DNA of 64,000 nucleotides from contig OX597816.1 in the NCBI GenBank assembly GCA_951406725.2, forward strand, positions 50,220,001 through 50,284,000. The letters are read 5' to 3'. The notes below the pieces were generated by a model. That model did no database searches, was not told the origin of the DNA, and saw only the letters and a program-made list of their open reading frames with translations. The translations under genes and the position numbers were made by a program. Source of the DNA: Octopus vulgaris. Lineage: Eukaryota. Positions 14,343-27,486 of the stretch are shown piece after piece. The first letter of the stretch is position 1. Every line of letters begins with the position of its first letter.

Positions 14343-15122
14343 CTTTTCTGGCGAATATCCAAAATAGTTTCCTTAGAAATCAAAAAACAAAAAAAAGATC
14401 GAAGTGAGAATAAATTGAAGGTTTAATTTATTTATACCAATAATACCTTTAACTCTGTTACATATATACACGGATATAATAATATTCAATAACAGTTCAA
14501 ATCCATCATTACGATGGATATAACGTGACAATAATTTTATTAAATTAGAAACAACTCGTGTGCAAAATATACCAACACTGTATGCCAATACCCGTAGGGA
14601 GTCAAAATGTTTTCGTCCCGCTGAGTACTTTATATAATCTACCAAGTCATTCTACACAGAACTGCATTTTTTACATCAAACTACTGCAAATATTGTTTCA
14701 CTATATTTATTATGTTCCTAAACTATTGTTTGCTACAGTATGCGTCACTGTGCAATGTTTCAAAGGGAGAAAATATTTTCCTTTTCAAAAATAGCGAAAG
14801 CTCAGCTTTTCTGGCGAATACCCAAAATAGTTACCTAAGAAAAAAAATCGAAGTGGGCACAAATTGAAAATTTAATTTATTTATAGAAATAATACTATTA
14901 TGTGATTACAAATGTAAATGAATGTAATAATATTCAATAACAGTTCAGATCCACCATTACGATGGGCATAACGGGACACAAATTCCTTCGATTTAGAAAG
15001 AACTCATGTGTAAATCATGCCAGTGCTTCGTATATTTCTATATGTCAAACCTCGCAGCGATTCAAAATGTTTTCGTCCCACTGGATAATTCATATAATCT
15101 ACTAGCCATTCTACACAGTACT
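14343..15122. repeat. Diverged tandem duplication (~320 bp alignable, period ~463 bp)
   Basis: cttttctggcgaata...aatattcaataacagttca...caaaatgttttcgtccc...cattctacacag occurs at 14343-14663 and 14806-15122. Confidence 0.9.
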
Positions 15123-15693
15123 ATTTACTTAACTATCAATATTAAATAATTTCGTTCCTTTATAATTTCATTTTATTAGAAAGCATTTCAATTTTAGCGA
15201 ATGGAGAACAATTTCAGCTTCTATTTTTACAAAGTAAACACTTTTACATTGATGGAAACAGCAGAGCCAATGCCAACATAGAGAATATTACAGTTCTTAC
15301 AATTTAATATATATTTTTATACTTCTGTAAAATATTTGTACAAAATATTACATTCCCAATTTTCATTGGCATTTTTTCATTGGAAATTTTACGCTTCAAG
15401 TTTTATCATTTAACTTTGAAACAATTTTCACTACGCAACTATATCAATGGCTTGAAGTAACGAGAGAAAAAATTAAATGCTGTAGGTAAAGGATGTGGGA
15501 ATATAAACAGGAAATAAAAGAAAGTGTAAGACAAAAGCGTTTGGAAGATGAACGAGCACGGACTTGCAAGGCTTCAATAGTATCACAACGACAATGTCAA
15601 CATTTAAAGAGAGAGAGAGAGAGAGAGTACAGAACATAGCCACCTAAACAGAGAGCATTTTATATTCGATAGCATGTAGAATAGGCAAGGAGA

Positions 15694-15694
<1 letters not shown>

Positions 15695-15732
<38 letters not shown>

Positions 15733-15779
15733 TTAATAATAATAATAATAATAATGATAATAATGATAATAATAATAAT

Positions 15780-15868
<89 letters not shown>

Positions 15869-15882
15869 TAATAATAATGATG

Positions 15883-15963
<81 letters not shown>
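15695..15963. repeat. (TAA)n microsatellite
   Basis: Directly visible. Confidence 0.99.
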
Positions 15964-15964
15964 G

Positions 15965-16321
15965 CTGAAGACTAAAACAATACCTGTTGTCATAGGTGCC
16001 CTGGGAATGATAGCGAAAGGGACTGATTGCTACCTAACTCAGATACCAGGAAACCCCAAAATGGCAGAAATTCAAAAGATAGTGCTCATGGGAACTGCTC
16101 ATATCCTACGCAAAATACTCTCTATGTAATCCCAAGGTTTTTTTTTATTTTATTTATTTATTTATTTATTTATTTTTTGTATTAGACATTCACTAGTACA
16201 ACACCAAAAAAAAAAAAAAAACCCAAATATATGGCACAGAACATCCAACCTGTTGTCTCTTGAGGTCTCTGGGTGAGACTTGGAGCTAACTTGTACAGAC
16301 ATAAAGCAAAAGTCAAACGTA

Positions 16322-16322
<1 letters not shown>
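15965..16322 (+). mobile_element. 5'-truncated R4/Dong-type non-LTR retrotransposon 3' end inserted in (TAA)n
   Basis: LKTKTIPVVIGALGMIAKG...IPGNPKMAEIQKIVLMGTAHILRKILSM* (stop 16127-16129) is the C-terminus of the restriction-like endonuclease, homologous to 40830-40987; (TAA)n on both sides. Confidence 0.88.
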
Positions 16323-16356
<34 letters not shown>

Positions 16357-16369
16357 TTAATAATAATAA

Positions 16370-16400
<31 letters not shown>

Positions 16401-16645
16401 AAGAAGAAGAAGAAGAAGAAGAAGAAGAAGAAGAAGATGAAGGGGAAGAAGAAGAAGAAGAAGGAGAAGGAGAAGAAGAAGAAGAAGAAGAAGAAGGGGA
16501 AGAAGAAGAAAAAGAAGGAGGAGGAGAAAAAGAAGAAGAAGAAGGAGAAGAAGAAGATGAAGAAGAAGAAGATGAAGAAGAAGAAGAAGAAGAAGAAGAA
16601 GAAGAAGAAGAAGAAGAAGAAGAAGAAGAAGAAGAAGAAGAAGGA
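16323..16645. repeat. (TAA)n grading into (GAA)n microsatellite
   Basis: Directly visible. Confidence 0.99.
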
Positions 16646-17201
16646 GTGTAACAAAATAGAATAAACGATGATAAGAAGAAAATAATTAACAGAATATCGA
16701 ACACTACGAGTAAGTCTCATTAAAAACAAACTATTGCCCAAGTTTCAAAATATTCGGGCAAGAATATAGTAATTGAAACATGGTCATGATTCGATGATAA
16801 GACATCAGAACGAACAAGTTGTTATAGATTCGTAGAGAGGATGAACGTATCATATCCTCGTAATGACACTTTGCGATTCAAGAAGGAGCCGCAAAAAATC
16901 TTACTCTCCAGCCTTATCCCAATGAATTCCGACTAGTATTAAAATATCAATAACGCGTACACGTTTAATTTCAGTAAAAAATAACCGAAAATATATTTCC
17001 GCAGTTAACTTTACAGTATTTTGTGCAACCACTAAAAACACTTGAATGAAATAATAGGGCCTTAATTTTTATTTATTTATTTATATATTTATTTATTTCA
17101 TTTCATGGAAATTTACGCTATGAAACACACATTTACATATGTATATGCATACCCTTATATATGCGTATATAAATTTAAATATACGTGTGTGTATGCGTGC
17201 A

Positions 17202-17258
<57 letters not shown>

Positions 17259-17261
<3 letters not shown>

Positions 17262-17587
17262 AGACTCCCTTCGGTCACGAATGACCATGGTATTGCACCT
17301 AGAAAGTTACCCTCCAAGGCACAAGCCCGGGCAAGGTTGTTTATGGAAGACCAGCAGTCATCCATGCATACGAGCCTCCCCACTCACGCCACCAGTGTTA
17401 TTCATAGGGAAGGCAAAGGCCGATACAGCTTGGCACAAGTGACGTCGCACCTCATTTCTACAGCGGAGTTAACTGGAGCAACGTGAAACAAAGTGTCTTG
17501 CTCAAAAACAAAACACGGAGCCCGGTCAGAGATCCGAACTCCCGGTCGTAAGATCGACGCTTTAACCACTGAGCTATGCACCTTCAC
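17259..17587 (-). mobile_element. Full-length tRNA-derived SINE with CORE-like central motif
   Basis: Minus strand gtgaaggtgcatagctcagtggttaaagcg (A box)...gagttcggat (B box)...gagcaagacacttt; tail ends at (TA)n. Confidence 0.85.
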
Positions 17588-20559
17588 ATAGAGCTTATAT
17601 AGTATGAATATATATATATATGAGTGGGTGTTTGTATTTGTGTGTCTGTGTGTTTGTGTGTGTGTTCACCCTCCAGTAATCAAATGTGTGAACTCTGCTT
17701 ATTTCACATGTGATGTGTAATAGTTCACATATGGAATCTGTTCAAATGTAGCTTACATTATATGTGCCTTAGCGTGTGGTAAGGTATCAGTCACATACAA
17801 CACGATACAAATGAATGAGACTCATTTGATCAGGCTTATTATCGTCCGTACAAATATTCTTCGTTCTCCCCAACAGGTTAGCTACCGCGCACACACGCAC
17901 TCACGCAGACACATTCAAACATACACACACACATACACAAGCACCCATTCTTTCAATCAGCGTTTATTCATACTATATAAGCTCTATTAGCAAAAATATT
18001 GTTGGTGTTATATGAAGAAGGCCAATACATCCTTATCTCTATTTGATTCATATATATTTCGAAAATTACAACCTAAACAAAATTTATCTAGAAGGAACTT
18101 ATTCCATTTGATTGTATTCCATTTAATTCTATTTAGTTATATGTATTTCAAATCTGGCGTTGCGGTCACCGTCGTAAATTTTTATCATGTGTTGGCACAG
18201 CTATGGGAAGCGAGGGCATGTTTTTCGTGAAAGACATGTAATCGCCCGTGTATGCATAACTCCGATTCAAGTCCACCGATTTATACCTAATATTACGGGT
18301 TGACGATTTGAGCCGATACCGCGAGACACCACTGTCATTTGAGGAGTTACATTCGAAAGCAGGTGAATAGGGAAAGATACCGCAAGATATCACGTATAAT
18401 ATTCCACAGATATGCGACACCCCAAAAGTAATTTTTTGCTGATTCGATAGCTGTCATAAGAAGGCAAGGCAAACTTGCTATTCGTGGGATTTTATTTACA
18501 TCATGCATTAGCGAGAGCCAGAACAATTAACGCGGGGCACCGTATCGGTGACTATGTCGACTTTGGTAATATGGCGCGATAATATTTTCTGAAGATATGG
18601 AATAACATATACGCTTTGATATATTTATTATATATAAAGTGGATTTTAGAAATAGCTCATCCCTAGGAAAAGACTGCTATATCCTTTTTAAACCGGCTTG
18701 GAAAGAAGTCAAGGAAAGATGAATGTTTATCTACGTTCCTATATAGTTTTATATTTTTCTGTCTTTGTTAGTCCTGTTTTTAGTCGTGCGTACACTTATA
18801 TTTTTTCGGTAATTAGGATATAAAGCAAACAAATTAAATTTGGCATTTATTTTTAGTAAAATTTTTTTCGCCCAGCAGAACATGTATTTTTCTTTTTATT
18901 CGGCCCAATGCGTGACCCACGTGTGATTATGTGGAACGTTATATAATGTGTTCTTGTTTATCGATGACATTTTCAGTTGTACCATCCATATTTTTTCCTG
19001 ATATGTTATATATAATATTACATTAGCCGAAGTATTTTTTTCTTAATGATAGATCGTGAGTGATGTAGATTTGGTTACTATTTCTGAGATCATTTGTTAG
19101 GGAAATGGAGGAAACGGCAGAAACGAATGTTTAGTAAAGAAAATATCTTCGAGTAATTAGCCATATTCCTCTACCGTCTGAATTCAAATTACTCTAATAT
19201 TAACGTTATCTTTCACCGGTGAGTTCATAGAATGTCGATAAATTCAATTGCCATGAAGAGCGAATTGACTAACAATTTGAATACTTAGTATTGAACGGAA
19301 TATATGGAAAGATAAAAGTATTTTCTTTCTTTCTACTCTTCGCAGTAATTGAATTTATTCATATTCAATAAATTCTCCTTTGGAATAATAGTTGCGGATA
19401 TAGTCACTCACCAGCTTCCACTGATTCCAGACTACACGTTACCTAGGTTTCCTACAATAGCTGCTAAATAACGGGAAAATATCTGTAAGAAGCTTTCATT
19501 CAATCAGCTGTACACATAATTTAATACGTTACGTTTTACAAACGCATTATCACCGAGTTCAGCATATATACAAAGAATCAGATGTAAAGAAAGAACCCTT
19601 AAGAAGTAATTCAATTCTTTGAGAATGTCACCCCCTTAATGTCCCTGAAAAACGCTTTACGACAGTGATGCAGCAAGTTGAAAAGATATGCATTTGCCAC
19701 ATAGGGTTGGTAGAAAGTGATGGTTAATAACATCTGGTGTATCGCGGCGGTTGATTATAAATTTGTCTAATGAGGACAAATGAGAAATATTTTTTCCTTT
19801 GTGGCATGAACGCATGCTACGCCATTGCTTTAATGATTTTACAAATTGGCCGCACGGGATAAAATACCAGTCATATATTGTACATGGTAGAAACAATTAC
19901 ATTTCTTATTCGATGTTAGCTTCATCTTACGCTAAATAATGCAGGAAACAAAAACTGAAAGCGAATTTATACGCGTATTTATATGACCCCACTATGCTTC
20001 CTCCCTTTCCTTCTCCCACTCGCTCACTTTTTCCTCACCTGCGCATAAATAATTCCATTTTACAATTCTGTTTTATTTCAAACATTGGACTTCATATATG
20101 ATTGAACAACACAACACATCATTCCAGGATATATGATGAACAGCTAAGTTACGATATGTGGAAAGACCAAAAACACACTATCAGCTTTAAGATCGCTATA
20201 GACATATGCGTATATACTTTGATCTAAATGAATATTTATTGAAACTTAAGCGAAGAAAGTTATATACTAAATGAATTTACGTTAAATTCTGTTTTCTTAC
20301 TGACATTTCACTACGCATGCAACTGATGTATATACGAGCCATTCAACAACATTTCCCTTATTCAAATACAACCCACATGTTCTTACATAATTATTCATCG
20401 TATTACAACATAAATGTATTTTCTGGATATCTTTCATAGAGTTCGAATTCTGTTTCCTTTCACTACTCCTATAATCGAAAGAACTAATACTAAATCACGA
20501 TCCAAAGTATTGTGGGTTCAGCTACGCGAACACACACACACGCAAATTATATATATATG

Positions 20560-20745
20560 GGGAGAGTTAACGGAAAAAAAAAAGACTTAGACAGGTGGTG
20601 TACAAAACAAACAGATATATTAGTATAATGCTCAGGAATTGAAAAAGTCCTTTACGCTTCGAGCCTACGCTCTTCTACAGAAAGGGACACAGAAAAAAAC
20701 AAGGAGAGAAACAAAGAGAGAAAAAATGGGTGTAGTGGCTACCGA
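20560..20745 (-). mobile_element. Short pLTR-type element with hammerhead-like motif (CUGUAGAA variant)
   Basis: Minus strand cttt-CTGTAGAA-gagc gtag gctc-GAAG-cg-TA-aagg at 20647-20688; layout like 1177-1420; related pieces at 21995-22065 and 58361-58560. Confidence 0.6.
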
Positions 20746-20749
20746 TCTT

Positions 20750-20798
<49 letters not shown>

Positions 20799-21169
20799 CA
20801 GTCTGCGATATACATCAATAAAGTTGTTGCTCAAGCAAACTAAGACGAATTTAAAAAGCACGTCTCTATCATGGCTAGAGAGAGAAATTTTTAAGCACAA
20901 AGCGAAAGTGAACATATTTGTACTACATGCCATCTGGGGCCGCAAATATGATGTATAACATATCGTTCTCATTATTGTTGTAATTCCGACAACTTCATAC
21001 GACAGTTCTCAGATTCGACGTTTTCCAGCTGTGATCATCACATTACGTTTCCACTTTATAGAATATATTTAGTACTGAATTTTCTAATGTGTTCTCTCTC
21101 TTTATAGGAAGATTAAAGAGATATGATTGTTTAGACGCTCCATTGTTGCTAATGTCGAAGATCTGGTTC

Positions 21170-21369
21170 TGATACAACAGGCTTAAGATGGAAGATATTC
21201 CAGTAGTGAAAACATTCCGAAAACAATCCAGCTGCGACAACTTACATACGTTCTACATTTCTATCTATCTATCTATTTATATATCTGGCGGTCTGTCTGT
21301 ATGTCTCTTTGTGTTTGCATTACGGATGTGTGTAGGCACACACGCACACACACACACACACATATATAT

Positions 21370-21432
<63 letters not shown>

Positions 21433-21480
21433 CATACATATATATATATATACATACATATATATATATATATAATATAC

Positions 21481-21522
<42 letters not shown>

Positions 21523-21721
21523 GCGATCGATAGCCCAGGAGAGACAATACCCTTTGTTAACATTGTTTGCGGGGTCCTTTCTTCCTACATATTCTAGAGG
21601 CTTTAAACCAAGGGACGCCTTAAACCAATTGATTTTGAGATCTCATGATATGCAATACAGATAAACACTTTCTGAACGGGAAAACTAAGTTAATCCCATA
21701 AACTGGCCTTACGTATCAATA

Positions 21722-21818
<97 letters not shown>

Positions 21819-21933
21819 ACCCAAACATGAACATATATATATATATATATATGATACAATAGTCTTAACATGGGTGACATTCTAGCAGTGAAAATATTCC
21901 GAATACAATCCCGCTGCGACAACTTACATACAG

Positions 21934-21945
<12 letters not shown>
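21170..21945. repeat. ~90 bp local direct repeat (21170-21265 and 21851-21945)
   Basis: gatacaa..cttaa.atgg..ga.attc.ag.agtgaaaa.attccgaa.acaatcc.gctgcgacaacttacatac present twice, each followed by (TATC)n. Confidence 0.85.
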
Positions 21946-21964
<19 letters not shown>

Positions 21965-22061
21965 CTATATGTATGTACACACACGTATATATATAACGGG
22001 AAGCTTTATGAAAATAAACAAAAGACGAAGGCAGGTGGAAAACAAACGAACAATTGTATTA

Positions 22062-22126
<65 letters not shown>

Positions 22127-22439
22127 GAACTGAGATATGATATATCTAGCCATCTCGAACAGACGCATTGCGTTAGGTATTCATTCTGTTTTTGAAGATG
22201 TTAGTTTAACTGCGGGATATTGGTTTGCTATTTCTAAATGTCATGGGGTGATCACTTAGATGCTTATTAGTTGTTTCCATATAGTAATAATGACTATATC
22301 AGCAAGTATGAATTGGGTTCAAGCGATGGCCGGAAGAATTCCCCTTGAAACTCAAGTCAACATGATATATAACTAACAAAAATTACAAACTTTCAATTCA
22401 ATGCAGATTAAGAACACGTTGGTTTTCTTAGTATAGATA

Positions 22440-22473
<34 letters not shown>

Positions 22474-23539
22474 CATTATTGCTAATGTATGTACAACTAG
22501 TTACACTGAATTTTCTGTTTTTGGCCGCTGATCGCGCCTGATATAAATTTAACCCTGCATTATCTTTTGGATTGAGAAAGAATGATGTCCATGATTTAGG
22601 AACCAAAACATATTTAAAGATGTTAATTATACAAAAATATTCATTATAAATATTATTTCGATTCCACTAAATATGTTTGTTCGTGTGTATGTGTGTGTAC
22701 AGTTATATTGGGGTATTTATATATATATATTTATATACATATTAAAGTAAATAAATGGTACAACGAGACACCGATATTTACTGGAAAATAGCAATCGTAA
22801 TAAATACGACGCTATTGTATAGCTTCACTGCGTATATACTAGCAAAGACGCGTGTGTGCAACAAACATGAAAAAAAAATTGTCTTACCTCTAGGAAGGAA
22901 CATCTGATAAATGGAAAACCTAGAATCGGATAATGCAGGACCGGTTTCTGACTCTCCAAATACGTTTGACAACGTAGATTTGATTTGTCTTCATCAGCTG
23001 CATATACCTAGACACAATTTATATATGTGCCTAGAGATATTTATATACACACACGCCGTAAGCAGACACGTATAGGTATGCGAATGTGTACATACATATG
23101 TTTCTTTGAGTTCACGAGCATATGTGTGAGTGAGCGAGGGTGTATGCTCTGATGGTCAGGATGTTGCTACCGCCAGCACTGTATTCTGGTTTCAACTCAT
23201 GAATCAGGTCATGCGTTCTATTCTTGAACAAAACATCTCATCTCAATTTGCAATGCGAATCTCCAATAACTAACGTGAGGCGCATCTTACATCTGTTTGG
23301 GCAACATCGATTCGATGGAAAGAGTCAGCCAAAGTACTACATTTGGTCACTAGAAGCAAATCAGTTGTGCACTCTGTCAGAAAGAAATAGCTGAGCCCAG
23401 AATTTGGATTGCTGTCTTTTTGTGTTGTGCTGTCTTTTTGTGTGTCAAAATGAAATTAAAACAGCAACACTGTAGGGGAAGTCTCACCCTGCTTCAGATA
23501 TAAAATTGGGAATAGGGCCCATCAAGTTAAACAATGTCA

Positions 23540-24314
23540 ATTAATGAGATATATATAACCAGTACTGAGGCCTTCTGGCGCATTTTTGCATTCTGAATCC
23601 TCGAAAGCAGCCCAGCCATTCAACAACTTTCTGTGCGTTTAGAAAATAGTCAGATGCTTTACTTCATTGTTGAGACAGCTGCAAATCAAGATTCAAATCC
23701 AAAGGATACCACTTTAATAGCCTTATTCAATCTTTGTCGGTGGCTCAATTTTGCAAAAATGATTGCTGTATCACGTGGTTCCTTCTTATTACACAGAGTA
23801 ACAATAGATGGAATAGACGCAAATATGTACGAAGGTTCAAGGTCATTCAATTGGTAGAATATATACTGTACATTCTAATGAATATGAACGTGTTCATCTC
23901 AGAATGCTTTTTCGTGTAAAAAGAGGACCAACTCCAAGGGAAAGTTTGGAAGAGGTTGTTGGTGAGATTTGCAAAGCATATCGAGAAACGTGTTTTGAAG
24001 TTGGGGTTGCTTGCAAATAAATGATCAGCAATGGGAAGCAACACTGGAAGAAGCTTCAGGATCAAAAACACCAAAGAGTTGAAGAAGTCTTTTTGCTATC
24101 TTTTTTACTCTTTTACTTGTTTCAGTCATTTGACTATGGCCATGACGGAGCAGCGCCTTTAGTCGAACAAATCGACCCAGTATTATTATTCTTTGTAAGC
24201 CTACTATTTATTCTATCGATCTCTTTTGCCGAACCACTAAATTACGGAGACGTAAACACATGCGATATTGGTGGGACAAGCACAGACAGACACACACACA
24301 CACACACACACACA

Positions 24315-24362
<48 letters not shown>

Positions 24363-24935
24363 AACACACATATATATATATACAACGTGCTTCTTTCAGA
24401 GGCACCAAGTTCAGTGGAGTAATCCTGACCAAAATATTAGTTTTACAATGCGGCTTTGATTGAAATAGAACATCAAACTATTTCGATGGGAGATGAACCT
24501 ATACAAAATTTAGGTCTGTCACTTATAGAGGGGATCTTAGATGTCTGTCCACTAAAACAATGAAGGAAATCGCCTATCCTGTGGAAGAACTAACCACGTA
24601 CATAAATGATAATCTTCCCAAGCTTCTGCCTGATCATCGTCGTATACATTCCACTGTCATAGAAATTATTAACAATAACATAGGAGGACTTTATTTCTTA
24701 GATGCTCCAGGAGGTACTCGGAATCGTTTGTAATTAAACTCCTCCTGTCTATAGCTCGTCAAGAAAATAAAATAACTTTAGCTACTGCTACTTCTGGGAT
24801 TGCAGCTGCATTACTACACGGAGTACGGACTGCCCATTTAACATTCATGTTACCGTTAAATCTATTTAACAAAGAATATCTACGTTGTAAAAAATCTAAA
24901 AATGCTGGAATGGGTAAACTAATACAAAGATGAGA
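23540..24935 (+). mobile_element. Helitron RepHel pseudogene fragment, interrupted by a SINE
   Basis: RYITSTEAFWRIF, PAIQQLSVRLEN, PKDTTLIALFNLC, GRIYTVH..LRML..RGPT, QWEATLEEA, then Pif1-type motifs GGLYFLDAPGGT and ATSGIAAALLHGVRTAHLTFMLPL; frameshifts and stops. Confidence 0.92.
24097..24399 (-). mobile_element. Truncated 36269-type SINE inserted in the Helitron
   Basis: ttttacttgtttcagtcatttgact...tttgccgaacc.ctaa matches the reverse complement of the SINE 3' half. Confidence 0.88.
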
Positions 24936-25111
24936 ATTGTCTTTCTGTTTAATATCCAAATCAACCGTCAATCAACTACTGCCCTCACCGTCACTATGCC
25001 TACTTTTACTCTCACCCTAACATGAGGCATAGTAGAATTGTTATTAGATAGTGAGAGATGGGTTAAACTGTGACACACGGACACACAGACATTTGGGTAT
25101 TTATTATCATA

Positions 25112-25340
25112 TCTCTCTTTACTTGTTTCAGTCATTTGACTGTGGCCATGCTGGAGCACCGTCTTTACTCGAGCAAATCGACCCCAGGACTTATTCTTTG
25201 TAAAGCTAGTACTTATTCTATCGGTCACTTAGGCCGAACCGCTAGGTTGCGGATACGTAAACACACCAACAGCGGTTGTCAAGCAATGTTGGGGGAAAAT
25301 ACAGACACACAAACATAGACACACACACGTAGACACACAC

Positions 25341-25420
<80 letters not shown>

Positions 25421-25495
25421 AGGCTTCTTTCAGTTTCCGTCTACCAAATCTACTCACAAGGCTTTGGTCTGCCCGAGGCTATAGTAGAAAACACG
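25112..25495 (-). mobile_element. 5'-truncated 36269-type SINE
   Basis: Reverse-complement match including the internal microsatellite and cttctttcagtttccgtctaccaaatc. Confidence 0.9.
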
Positions 25496-25505
25496 GAACA
25501 ATGTC

Positions 25506-25554
<49 letters not shown>

Positions 25555-26554
25555 ATTTCACTCAATCAATATATCCTCGGCCTGAAGAGTTGCATCCGGT
25601 ATACACCTCGCTTGGATATTTACCACTTCCGAAGTTCCGCTCGGTATGGAACATGTAGCCTGTATATTGTCAAGTCCATTCCTTAACTCTTGTATTCGTA
25701 TTCGTATACTCGGTAAACATTGTCGCCTACCGTAAAATATAAAACGAACTTCTTTTCAATTATCTTCGATACGAAAATATCTCCAGCCTTCCGATTCAGT
25801 AAACCACTATTGTCTCTGAAAGTTGTTTTTGTTTTGTATTTACTGCGGATTCCTGGAGCTAATGTTTTCCCTACATCTCTATCTTTGGATCTATTGACAA
25901 CGGGTAATCGCTGAATGTTACAGTTATGCATTATATACGTTATCACTTTAATAAAACCCAACAATAGCTGTGAAAAACTGATTTCCAGTCGTCAGTTCAA
26001 ATCTGCTTCTACTCAAATCGAACCAGCCAATGATGCTAATAAAATACACAATGTTAAAACCGATCCAGGTGGAATTCCTTCAGAACTATTTTAACCGTCT
26101 ACTAGAGGGCCCAACTGAATTACGTGTCACACTGTCTAGAAGGAATAGGAAGCAAATTGTAGCTGGTCTGATGCCCTTTGTGTGCCGTGCCTATGCACAA
26201 AAAAAGTTGCCGTTCCTTATTTGAAAACTACTTTGTAAATTCATTAATAAGTTCAATCACAGAAAGTTTGAACAAATAGTTTTGAACTGTCTCCACAAAT
26301 TCCATAAATCTTCTAGTCTGATGAAGCCGGCTTCTACCGAGAAAGAGGCTATATTGCCCTAAAATTTAACTTAAAACTCAGAGATGCTGACAATCAATCT
26401 GTTCTTTCTTTTTCTATCTTGAAATTTAGAGAGCTTTTGATCCAGTCTACAGAAAAGATGCGTTCAAAATAATATATATGCAGTACGTTAGCTTTCTTCC
26501 TTTATCAAATCAATGTTGCCTGAACAGGTGCACGGTGTATCAAATATCAAGTGT

Positions 26555-26686
26555 CGAAGTGATCGGCGAACAACGTGAGATGAATTGTTTCGCTCAAGAA
26601 CACAATACATCACGCGTCTAGGAATTGAATCCACGATCTCGCGATCGCGAGTGCAACAATCTAACCTCTACGCAATGCATCATCAC
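26555..26686 (-). mobile_element. Head fragment of a 17259-type SINE
   Basis: caacgtga.at.aa.tgt.t.gctcaagaacacaa...ggaattgaa resembles 17478-17587. Confidence 0.6.
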
Positions 26687-26726
26687 ACACACACATATAC
26701 ATCACGTGCATATTTATGTATATATA

Positions 26727-26793
<67 letters not shown>

Positions 26794-26794
26794 A

Positions 26795-26995
26795 TGTGAC
26801 CTCGTGTGTACCGTTGGCGATTTTTTTTCCTCTGTCTTCCCTTCTCTGGATCTTTCCTTCTCCTACGTTTCCGACGAAGAGCTCCGCTCGAAACGTTAAA
26901 CCCTCCTACTTTCCTTCTTTCCTGAGCGTCCAATAATACTATATTTGTTCCACGTCCTCGCGGTGTTGTGTTTTTTTGTGTTTTCTTGTTTGGAT

Positions 26996-27000
<5 letters not shown>
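26795..27000 (+). mobile_element. Short non-autonomous pLTR-type element (family copy 2) with hammerhead-like motif
   Basis: gttt-CCGACGAA-gagc tcc gctc-GAAA-cg-TTA-aac at 26867-26901; embedded between (TA)n tracts. Confidence 0.75.
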
Positions 27001-27069
<69 letters not shown>

Positions 27070-27421
27070 TATAAAATGCATATACACATCAATGTTTGAG
27101 GATAAACTGAGAATGCTTTTGGAGCTATGAACTTCGTGATATAATTTATGCGTCATGTTAGACGTTCTTGTTTGTGTGTCACTAAAGAGAAGCCATGTTT
27201 GTAATCGAACGACATTTTGATTCACCAGTTGCAAATAAAAACAAAGCAAATCAAAACAAGTCGCACATATGCACATACAATCGCGCGCACACAGATGCAT
27301 ACGCACAGGAGTACACAAACACACACACACACATATGCCTACATATGTATAGACTTGTACACATCATTTATATATGCATATATGTGTACGTGTGGCTGTG
27401 TGATCGCGTATACACGTATGC

Positions 27422-27486
<65 letters not shown>

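Noticed and set aside
17500-17587. tRNA-like sequence with A and B boxes (also 36269, 63434, 11812)
   Set aside because: SINE heads continuing into SINE bodies; no complete cloverleaf
26318-26352. CTGATGA...GAAA hammerhead-like spacing
   Set aside because: Stems I and III cannot be formed convincingly
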